Shown in pieces: positions 10,353 to 17,687 of a stretch of DNA of 64,000 nucleotides. The position numbers were made by a program, and so were the translations under genes. Below the pieces are notes generated by a model. It did not search any database, was not told where the DNA came from, and worked only from the letters and a program-made list of their open reading frames with translations. Every line of letters begins with the position of its first letter. Positions within the stretch are counted from its first letter, which is position 1. Where the stretch lies: contig CBDFKD010000002.1 of the NCBI GenBank assembly GCA_965248695.1, positions 1,760,001 through 1,824,000 on the forward strand, written 5' to 3'. This DNA comes from Acidobacteriota bacterium. GTDB lineage: Bacteria > Acidobacteriota > UBA890 > WLXD01.

Positions 10353-11786
10353 CTACTCGGCGGGTTCGTTGTCGTCGGCGGCAGGCTCGTTGTCGAGCGC
10401 TTGCCGCAGCGCGGCGACGACCCGAGCCTCATCCCCTTCCAGCATCGTGCGAACGTCGAGCACGAGCCGGTCATCGAGCACGCGACCGACGACGGCCGGC
10501 GTGGTGCGACGCAGCCGTTGCACCAGTCGATCGGGGGTCAGCGAGGTGACGACCCCGATGCCCCATGAGGGCAACGTGGCGTCCGGCGCCGCTCCCCCTC
10601 CGACACGCGACTCGAGCTCGAGCTCCTCGGCGTTGACGCCCTCGATCGCTCCCACAAGTTGCGCCAATGATCCGGATCGCGCCCGCAGACCTTCGGGTTC
10701 CTGGCGTAGCATGGCCAGTGTCGGCACGGCATCGAAGCGACCCGCCAGGATCTCGATCAACGTCGCCTCGAGGGCCAGGAGGGTCACCTTGTCGAGCCGC
10801 AGGGCGCGGTACAGCGGGTTGTCGCGGGTCCGGGCTACGGCCTCGGGCCGGCCGGCAATGAGCCCCGCTTGGGGGCCTCCGAGTAGCTTGTCGCCGGAGA
10901 AGGTCACCAGATCCGCACCGGTTGCCAGCCGTTGGCCGACTGTCGGTTCGTCGACGACTCCGTGGTCGCCGAGGTCGATTAGGCTGCCGCTACCCAGGTC
11001 CTCGACCACGGCTACGCCGCTCTCGCGGCCCAACTCGACCAGCTGTTCCAGCGGCACGGTCTCCGTGAAGCCCACGACTCGGTAGTTGCTCGGATGGACC
11101 GCCAGCAAGAGGCCGGTGTCGGGCCCGATCGCCTGACGAAAGTCCTCGATCCGCGTACGGTTCGTCGTCCCCACCTCGCGCAGGCGACAGAAACCTTTTT
11201 CCATCACCTCGGGAATCCGGAACGAACCGCCAATCTCCACCAGCTGGCCTCGCGAGACCACGACCTCACGGCCCTGCGCGAACGTATTGAGCACCAGCAG
11301 CACGGCGGCGGCGTTATTGTTCACCACGGCCGTGTCAACGCCCGGCAGAAGGCGCTCGACCAAGCTGGCTACCGGGCGGTCCCGGCCGCCACGGGAGCCG
11401 CCCCGCAAGTCGTATTCGAGGTTCAAGTAGGCTGTCCCCAGATCTGCCACCCGGGCAGCAGCTGCCTTGCTCCACGGTGATCGACCAAGGTTCGTATGCA
11501 CCACAACGCCCGTGCCATTCACCACCCGCTGCAGACGCGTCCGGAGCACTTCGGCGGCGGCGTGCGCAACCCCATCGACGATCGGAACCAATTGCGCCTC
11601 GAGTTGCTCGGCGTCGAGCGTGCCGGCAGCGATCTCTTGCCGCAGGCGGCCCAGGAATGCGTCGGCGGCGCGACGGGCGAAATCCCTGCTCAGGCTTTCA
11701 GCCCCCATCCACCGTTGCACGTCGCGATCCTCCAGGATCTCGTCCATGCGCGGCAGACGACGGAACAAAGCGTCGGGGTGGCTCAT
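10353..11786 (-). CDS. selA: L-seryl-tRNA(Sec) selenium transferase
   Basis: VNGTGVVVHTNLGR, VNNNAAAV, SRGQLVEIGGSFRIP, EVGTTNRT, EDLGSG, FSGDKLLGGPQAG (PLP lysine). Confidence 0.96.
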   Translation of the reverse strand: MSHPDALFRRLPRMDEILEDRDVQRWMGAESLSRDFARRAADAFLGRLRQEIAAGTLDAEQLEAQLVPIVDGVAHAAAEVLRTRLQRVVNGTGVVVHTNLGRSPWSKAAAARVADLGTAYLNLEYDLRGGSRGGRDRPVASLVERLLPGVDTAVVNNNAAAVLLVLNTFAQGREVVVSRGQLVEIGGSFRIPEVMEKGFCRLREVGTTNRTRIEDFRQAIGPDTGLLLAVHPSNYRVVGFTETVPLEQLVELGRESGVAVVEDLGSGSLIDLGDHGVVDEPTVGQRLATGADLVTFSGDKLLGGPQAGLIAGRPEAVARTRDNPLYRALRLDKVTLLALEATLIEILAGRFDAVPTLAMLRQEPEGLRARSGSLAQLVGAIEGVNAEELELESRVGGGAAPDATLPSWGIGVVTSLTPDRLVQRLRRTTPAVVGRVLDDRLVLDVRTMLEGDEARVVAALRQALDNEPAADDNEPAE

Positions 11787-11867
11787 CGCACTCGTTGGCC
11801 AAGGGGTGGAACCGATGTCGAACCGAACTCCGCTGGCAACCTTGGGTAGCTGTTGGTCGGCACCCGG

Positions 11868-11896
11868 CCAGCCACACTTTCATCACGACCTGCTAG
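11868..11896 (-). repeat. End of the CTAG MITE-like repeat family
   Basis: Minus strand reads CTAGCAGGTCGTGATGAAAGTGTGGCTGG, matching the other copies. Confidence 0.75.
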
Positions 11897-11949
11897 CATC
11901 CTAGCTCGCAACGTAGGGATTGGGGGCCGCGCCACGTTCAGACCGACAT

Positions 11950-12324
11950 ATGCCGAACAATCTCGAAGACGAACTACTCAATGGTCTCGATGAGGAGACC
12001 CTACGACTGCTGTTCCCGGATCGCTTCCATGAGCGCACCCGGATCACGCTGCTGTACGCACCGCTCGAGGGTGACGAGGCTGAGCGTGCCAGCGCGCATA
12101 CGGCTCTGGCGGAATCGTTCGAGGTCACTACCGATGCCCGCGATGTAAACGACGAGCCGCGGCACCAGGTGACCTACGCGCTCGACCAGATCGAGCCGCT
12201 GTTCCAGCTGTTCACGCTGATCCGATCGAATCCCGATCGCAGCGTCGACGTCCGTATCGATGGACACCGGCTGCCGCTCGTCATGGAGCTCTGGCTGCCC
12301 CTTCTGTGGTCGCTGCGGTTCTGA
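11950..12324 (+). CDS. Hypothetical protein
   Basis: Coding-like ORF filling the selA-nuoA gap, ends ELWLPLLWSLRF; no motif recognised. Confidence 0.65.
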   Translation: MPNNLEDELLNGLDEETLRLLFPDRFHERTRITLLYAPLEGDEAERASAHTALAESFEVTTDARDVNDEPRHQVTYALDQIEPLFQLFTLIRSNPDRSVDVRIDGHRLPLVMELWLPLLWSLRF

Positions 12325-12407
12325 CTGCCGGGCCATGTACCGACCGCCCCGCCATCGAGGTCTGTCGTTACCTCGGCGCCGCGCTTTGCCGGCCGAGGCC
12401 AGCTAGT

Positions 12408-12436
12408 TTGACAGCCCCCAGGCCAGCGGATAGAAA
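12408..12436 (+). promoter_or_regulatory. Sigma70-type promoter of the nuo operon
   Basis: TTGACA (12408-12413), 17-nt spacer, TAGAAA (12431-12436), 54 nt upstream of nuoA. Confidence 0.7.
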
Positions 12437-12490
12437 TGACCTCGCCTGCCAGTCGGCGGGCACAGCGGCGGAACCCTGGGTCAAGGCTGC

Positions 12491-12847
12491 ATGGTCGTCT
12501 ACCTTCCGATAGCGATTTTTCTGGCGGTCGCGATCGTTTTCGCGGTGATTCCGCTCATCATCGGCCGGCTTGTGCGACCGACGCCGCCTGGCAGCGAAGG
12601 CAAGCTAGCGCCGTACGAGTGCGGCGTCGAGCCGATTCGCGACGCCCACAAGCGCTTCCCGATCCGCTTCTACATCGTGGCGATGCTGTTCCTCATCTTC
12701 GACGTCGAGACGGTGTTCATGTTCCCGTGGGCGGTGCAGTATCGCGCATTGGCGCTGTTCGGATTCATCGAGATGCTCATCTTCCTGACGATTCTGATCC
12801 TGGGCTATGTGTACGCCTGGAAGCGCGGAGCACTCGAATGGGTTTAG
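12491..12847 (+). CDS. nuoA: NADH-quinone oxidoreductase subunit A
   Basis: [30 protein letters not shown]. Confidence 0.97.
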   Translation: MVVYLPIAIFLAVAIVFAVIPLIIGRLVRPTPPGSEGKLAPYECGVEPIRDAHKRFPIRFYIVAMLFLIFDVETVFMFPWAVQYRALALFGFIEMLIFLTILILGYVYAWKRGALEWV

Positions 12848-13317
12848 TCGAGCACACCCTCCCGGACAACGTCCTCACGACCACGGTCGACAGCATCATC
12901 AACTGGGGGCGCAAGTCGGCGATCTGGCCGCTGACGTTCGGACTCGCGTGCTGCGCCATCGAGATGATCGTCACCACCTGCTCGCGTTTCGATATGGCGC
13001 GCTTTGGCGCCGAGGTGTTCCGCGCCACGCCGCGCCAGGCCGACCTGATGATCGTCGCCGGCACGGTGACCTTGAAGATGGCACCGGTCATCAAGCGACT
13101 CTACGATCAGATGCCGGACCCGAAATGGGTGATGTCGATGGGATCGTGCGCGACCTGTGGTGGCCCCTACCCGACGTATAGCGTGCTCCAGGGCGTCGAT
13201 CGAATCGTTCCCGTCGACGTCTACGTGCCGGGCTGTCCACCGCGACCGGAAGCGCTGCTGTACGGCCTTTTGCGATTGCAGGACAAGATCGACGAGATGA
13301 AGGTGGTGCGGAAGTAA
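12838..13317 (+). CDS. nuoB: Complex I subunit B (N2 cluster)
   Basis: [36 protein letters not shown]; ATG 12838 overlaps nuoA end. Confidence 0.97.
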   Translation: MGLVEHTLPDNVLTTTVDSIINWGRKSAIWPLTFGLACCAIEMIVTTCSRFDMARFGAEVFRATPRQADLMIVAGTVTLKMAPVIKRLYDQMPDPKWVMSMGSCATCGGPYPTYSVLQGVDRIVPVDVYVPGCPPRPEALLYGLLRLQDKIDEMKVVRK

Positions 13318-13348
13318 GCCGCAACCAACCGACACGAGATTCCATTCG

Positions 13349-14209
13349 ATGGCAGACGAACCGCTCGACACCGAAGGCGCGACTCCGGAAGAAACGCCGG
13401 AGGTTCAGCCGGAGCCCGCGCCAGACGCCGAGCCCCAGGCCGAGCCGGAGCCAGCGCCAGACGCCGAGCCGGCGCCAGGCTCCGAGGCAACGGCCGAATC
13501 GGAGCCCAAGCCGGACGCCGAGCCAAAGGCCGAGCCGGAGCCGGAGCCAGAGCCAGAGCCGGAGCCACACCCGATCATTGCGGCGCTGACGACGCGTTTC
13601 GGCGACCGCATTGTCGACGAAGGCGCCGACCAGCTCGGGTCGCCGATCGCTCGGGCCGATGCCGGTGACCTGAGCGAGGTACTGACCTGGCTGCGCGACG
13701 ACGAAGCGATGGATTTCAACTATCTGTCGAGCGTAACCGCCGTTGACTGGACCGAGCGCGACCCACGCTTCGACGTCGTGCTTCACGTCTACTCGATACG
13801 AAAGAACCATCGTCTGACCGTCAAGACAGGGTGCGCAGACGGCGAGGGTGTCCCCAGCGCAGTCGACGTGTGGCCGGCGGCCAACTGGCTGGAGCGCGAG
13901 ACCTACGACCTCTACGGCATCGAGTTTCTCGGCCACCCGGACTTACGACGCATCTTCATGCCTGAAGATTGGGAAGGCTTCCCGCTGCGCAAGGACTACC
14001 CGCTCGAAGGACCGAATCTCGAGCTCTTGACGCGCCAGCAAGCCGCATTTCGCGGTGGTCGGTTCGACCGCATTCGCGGTGAGTACGAGATCAACGACCA
14101 GGAGCGCGAGATGGCTGGCCCGGGCATCGTAGGGGCACTCTGGACGCCAGAACCGGAACAACCCGACGATCCCGAGTCAGAACCCGACAGCGAAACGGGA
14201 TCGGACTGA
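13349..14209 (+). CDS. nuoC: Complex I subunit C with Pro/Glu-rich N-terminal and acidic C-terminal extensions
   Basis: WPAANWLERETYDLYGIEFLGHPDLRRI, FPLRKDYP. Confidence 0.95.
   Translation: MADEPLDTEGATPEETPEVQPEPAPDAEPQAEPEPAPDAEPAPGSEATAESEPKPDAEPKAEPEPEPEPEPEPHPIIAALTTRFGDRIVDEGADQLGSPIARADAGDLSEVLTWLRDDEAMDFNYLSSVTAVDWTERDPRFDVVLHVYSIRKNHRLTVKTGCADGEGVPSAVDVWPAANWLERETYDLYGIEFLGHPDLRRIFMPEDWEGFPLRKDYPLEGPNLELLTRQQAAFRGGRFDRIRGEYEINDQEREMAGPGIVGALWTPEPEQPDDPESEPDSETGSD
13405..13567 (+). repeat. Coding tandem repeats in nuoC (EPAPDAEP units; 6x GAGCCR hexamer at 13532-13567)
   Basis: Direct reading of the DNA and protein. Confidence 0.85.
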
Positions 14210-14212
14210 GTC

Positions 14213-15313
14213 ATGCTGCAGACGAAAGAATTCGAGCTCAACATGGGGCCCCAGCACCCGTCCACGCACGGGGTGCTGCGATTGGTCCTCTACCTCGACG
14301 GCGAGACAATCACGGATGTCGAGACCGTCATGGGATACCTGCATCGCGGTACCGAGAAGCTCTGCGAGACGCGCAGTTACTACAAGAACGTGCCGTTCAC
14401 CGACCGCACCGACTACCTGGCTGCGCCCTACAACAACCTTGGCTACGTCGAGACTGTGGAACGGCTCGGCGGCTGGGAAGTGTCGGAGCGGGCGTTGTTC
14501 GCCCGCCTCGCTATCGTCGAGCTGAGCCGTATCGCCAGTCACTTGTTCTGGCTCGCCACGCACGCACTCGATATCGGGGCCCAGACGATGTTGTTCTGGT
14601 GTACGCGCGAGCGCGAGGTGATCCTCGACTTCTTCGAGGCGGCCCTTGGAGACCGTCTCACGACGTCGGCGTTCCGCCCCGGCGGTCTACGTCGCGACCT
14701 TCCGGAAGGTTGGGCCGATGCGGTTCTCGGCTTCTGCGGCAGCTTCCCGAAGCGCATCGAGGAGTACGAGACGCTGCTCAACACCAACCGTATCTGGCTC
14801 GAGCGCACCGTCGGCGTGGGGGTAATCAGCGGCGAGGAGGCCGCCGCGCTGGGACTGTCGGGGCCGATGATCCGAGGCTCGGGAGTCGAATACGACATCC
14901 GTAGGGCGCTTCCCTACGGCGGCTACGACCAGATGGACTTCGACGTGGTCGTGTTCCCGGACGGCGACTCGTACGCGCGCTATCTCGTACGAATGGAAGA
15001 GATGCGCCAGTCGGTCCGTATCGTCCAGCAAGCGCTCGAGAAGATGCCCGAAGGTCCGATCACGGCAAAGGTGCCCAAGTTGATACGGATCAAGGATCCT
15101 TTGGAGGCGTACCACATCGTCGAGAGCCCGCGCGGCGAGCTCGGCTACTACATCATCGGTGGCAACGGCGACACGCCCTACAAGTGCAAGATCCGGGCGC
15201 CGAGCTTCTGCAATCTGCAGGCGATCGCGCCGCTGAGCAGGGGACACCTGATCGCCGACGTCGTCACCATCATCGGAAGCGTCGATATCGTGCTCGGAGA
15301 CGTCGACCGATGA
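14213..15313 (+). CDS. nuoD: Complex I subunit D (quinone-binding)
   Basis: NMGPQHPSTHGVLRL, GYLHRG, DRTDY, ESPRGELG, C-terminal DIVLGDVDR; no NiFe CxxC motifs. Confidence 0.97.
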   Translation: MLQTKEFELNMGPQHPSTHGVLRLVLYLDGETITDVETVMGYLHRGTEKLCETRSYYKNVPFTDRTDYLAAPYNNLGYVETVERLGGWEVSERALFARLAIVELSRIASHLFWLATHALDIGAQTMLFWCTREREVILDFFEAALGDRLTTSAFRPGGLRRDLPEGWADAVLGFCGSFPKRIEEYETLLNTNRIWLERTVGVGVISGEEAAALGLSGPMIRGSGVEYDIRRALPYGGYDQMDFDVVVFPDGDSYARYLVRMEEMRQSVRIVQQALEKMPEGPITAKVPKLIRIKDPLEAYHIVESPRGELGYYIIGGNGDTPYKCKIRAPSFCNLQAIAPLSRGHLIADVVTIIGSVDIVLGDVDR

Positions 15314-16344
15314 GCGACTTCCTGATCGTCAACGTGCTGATTCCGTTGTTTCAGATCGGCGTGCTGCTGGGTATCCTCGGTCTGGCGGCCGGCTACATCG
15401 TCCTCGCCGAGCGCAAGATCCTGGCGTTCATTCAGAGTCGGCTGGGGCCGATGCGCGTCGGACCTCACGGCCTTTTGCAGCCGATTGCCGACGTCATCAA
15501 GCTGCTGACGAAGGAGGATCTGATCCCCAGCGGCGTGAGCCGCGCGGTCTTCCTCATCTCGCCGGTGATCGTCGTGGTGACCGCCTTCACCACCCTGGCG
15601 CTAGTGCCATTCGGTGAGGGAATCACCCTCCTCGGCTACCACATTCCTGGAGTCATCGCCGACGTGAACGTCGGCATCCTGCTGATCCTCGGCATCAGCG
15701 GGCTGACCACCTACGGCATCATCCTGGGCGGTTGGTCGAGCAACTCGAAGTACCCACTGCTGGGAGCGCTTCGCGCCGCCGCACAAATGGTTTCGTACGA
15801 GGTCGCGCTCACGTTCTCGGTGGTGTCGGCCCTGATGGTGGCGGGGACGCTTTCGATGGTCGGCATCGTCGAAGCGCAGCGCGACATGGGCGTTTGGTTC
15901 GTTTTCGTGCAGCCGGTGGCCTGGGGCATCTTCACCATCGCCATGGTGGCCGAGACCAACCGAGCACCGTTCGACATGCCGGAGGCGGAGTCCGAGCTAG
16001 TGGCCGGATTCTTCACCGAGTACGCTGGCATGCGATGGGCGCTGTTCTTCCTCGGTGAGTACACCGCGATGCTGGTGATGGCGGCGATCAACGTGACGCT
16101 TTTCTGGGGTGGATGGCTACGACCGTTTCCCGGAGTCGAGGCGCTCGCCTTCCTTGATCTGGTTCCAAGCGGCGCCTGGTTCATTCTCAAGGTCGCGACG
16201 TTCTTGTTCGTCTACATATGGATCCGCGGCACCTTCCCACGCTATCGCTACGACCAGCTCATGCGGCTGAACTGGAAGTCTCTGATCCCGCTGGCGATCG
16301 CAAACGTGCTCGTAACCGGGCTCGTCATGCTTCTGGTAGGCTGA
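15310..16344 (+). CDS. nuoH: Complex I subunit H
   Basis: ERKILAFIQSRLGP, GWSSNSKY, AETNRAPFDMPEAESELVAG, PRYRYDQLM; ATGA overlap with nuoD. Confidence 0.97.
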   Translation: MSDFLIVNVLIPLFQIGVLLGILGLAAGYIVLAERKILAFIQSRLGPMRVGPHGLLQPIADVIKLLTKEDLIPSGVSRAVFLISPVIVVVTAFTTLALVPFGEGITLLGYHIPGVIADVNVGILLILGISGLTTYGIILGGWSSNSKYPLLGALRAAAQMVSYEVALTFSVVSALMVAGTLSMVGIVEAQRDMGVWFVFVQPVAWGIFTIAMVAETNRAPFDMPEAESELVAGFFTEYAGMRWALFFLGEYTAMLVMAAINVTLFWGGWLRPFPGVEALAFLDLVPSGAWFILKVATFLFVYIWIRGTFPRYRYDQLMRLNWKSLIPLAIANVLVTGLVMLLVG

Positions 16345-16832
16345 TGCGCGCTCACGATTCGACCCAGGCAGCAACCATGTCGTCGGCACCGAAAAAGGGC
16401 TTCCTGAGCAGCTTCTTGCTGGTGGAGCTGCTGCAGGGAATGTGGCTTACGCTCAAGTACACGTTCCGGCCCAAGGTGACGGTGCAGTACCCGCTGGAAC
16501 GCGAGTCCGTCCACCCGAACTTCCGCGGGATGCTGCGCGTCGACGAGTCGACCTGTATCGCCTGCTACCTGTGCGAGAAGATCTGCCCGGACAACTGCAT
16601 CATCCTCGACGGTGAGCGTGGCTACACCAAGGGCAAGGGCGGCAAGTACGCCACCTTCTTCTACCTCGACCACGGGCGCTGCCTGTTCTGCGGTCTGTGC
16701 GAAGAGGTCTGCCCGGTCGATTCGATCTACCACAGCAACGAGTTCGAGGCTGCCGTCTACAACCGCGCCGATTCGATCCACGATCTTCGTGTCCTCGACA
16801 GCGGCCACCACATCATCCACTACGAGCGCTAA
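16344..16832 (+). CDS. nuoI: Complex I subunit I (2x[4Fe-4S]); start 16344 or 16377
   Basis: CIACYLCEKICP and CLFCGLCEEVCP; TVQYP..FRG. Confidence 0.95.
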   Translation: MRAHDSTQAATMSSAPKKGFLSSFLLVELLQGMWLTLKYTFRPKVTVQYPLERESVHPNFRGMLRVDESTCIACYLCEKICPDNCIILDGERGYTKGKGGKYATFFYLDHGRCLFCGLCEEVCPVDSIYHSNEFEAAVYNRADSIHDLRVLDSGHHIIHYER

Positions 16833-16854
16833 CGCACGGAACACTAGGCCCAGT

Positions 16855-17370
16855 ATGGAGATCATCGCCTTCTACATCATCGGCTCGATCGTGATCGTGA
16901 GCGCTCTGCTCATGGTGGCCAGCCGTCAGCTGGTGCACTCCATCGTCTACATGGTCGTGTCCTTCATTGCCGTCGGCGCGCTGTTCATACTTCTCCAGGC
17001 GGAGTTCGTGGCAGCGGTGCAGATCCTGGTGTACGCCGGCGGCATCGTGGTGCTGTTCCTGTTCGTCGTCATGCTGGTGAATCTCAACGAGATCAATCAG
17101 ATCGAGTACTTGCACCGACAGTGGGTACCCGCCGCGGCCATGCTGCTGGTGCTGATGGTGGAGATCGGCTATCTGCTTTGGGGCAACTCGGGAGCGCTGG
17201 CGACCGCCCCGGAGCAGGCCGAGACCGTCTTGCGTGCGGTCTCACAAGGCAACACCGAGACCATCGGCATGACGCTCTACACGGACTACCTGTTGCCATT
17301 CGAGATCGCCTCTATGCTGCTGCTCGTGGCGATGATCGGCGCGATCTATCTGGCCAAGAAGCGAGTCTGA
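16855..17370 (+). CDS. nuoJ: Complex I subunit J
   Basis: AEFVAAVQILVYAGGIVVLFLFVVML, PFEIASMLLLVAMIGA. Confidence 0.96.
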   Translation: MEIIAFYIIGSIVIVSALLMVASRQLVHSIVYMVVSFIAVGALFILLQAEFVAAVQILVYAGGIVVLFLFVVMLVNLNEINQIEYLHRQWVPAAAMLLVLMVEIGYLLWGNSGALATAPEQAETVLRAVSQGNTETIGMTLYTDYLLPFEIASMLLLVAMIGAIYLAKKRV

Positions 17371-17371
17371 C

Positions 17372-17680
17372 GTGGGCGCACTGGGGCTAGGCCACTATCT
17401 GTTGCTGTCAGCCGTGTTGTTCGGCATCGGCGTGACCGGCGTGCTGGTACGCCGCAACGTGATCATGGTGCTGATGTGTCTCGAGCTGATCTTCAATGCC
17501 GCCAACATCAACCTGGTGGCAGTGGCCCGGTATCGACCGGATCTTGCCGGGCAGATCTTCACCATCTTCACGATCACCGTCGCGGCAGCGGAAGTAGCCA
17601 TCGGGCTCGGACTCGTGATCGCCCTGTTCCGTAACGCGGAGACGGTGAACGTCGACGACGTCCACCTGCTGGAGGGCTAG
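17372..17680 (+). CDS. nuoK: Complex I subunit K
   Basis: RRNVIMVLMCLELIFNAANINL, VAAAEVAIGL. Confidence 0.96.
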   Translation: MGALGLGHYLLLSAVLFGIGVTGVLVRRNVIMVLMCLELIFNAANINLVAVARYRPDLAGQIFTIFTITVAAAEVAIGLGLVIALFRNAETVNVDDVHLLEG

Positions 17681-17687
17681 CCGCGCC

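Noticed and set aside
10356-10395. Short duplication DNEPAADDNEPAE at the SelA C-terminus
   Set aside because: Two-copy slippage in a disordered tail; no functional inference possible
11787-11949. Possible tRNA-Sec (selC) next to selA
   Set aside because: No cloverleaf, TCA anticodon arm or CCA end found
14213-15313. Group 4 [NiFe]-hydrogenase large subunit as explanation for missing nuoEFG
   Set aside because: No CxxC Ni-binding motifs; quinone-site residues are NuoD-type
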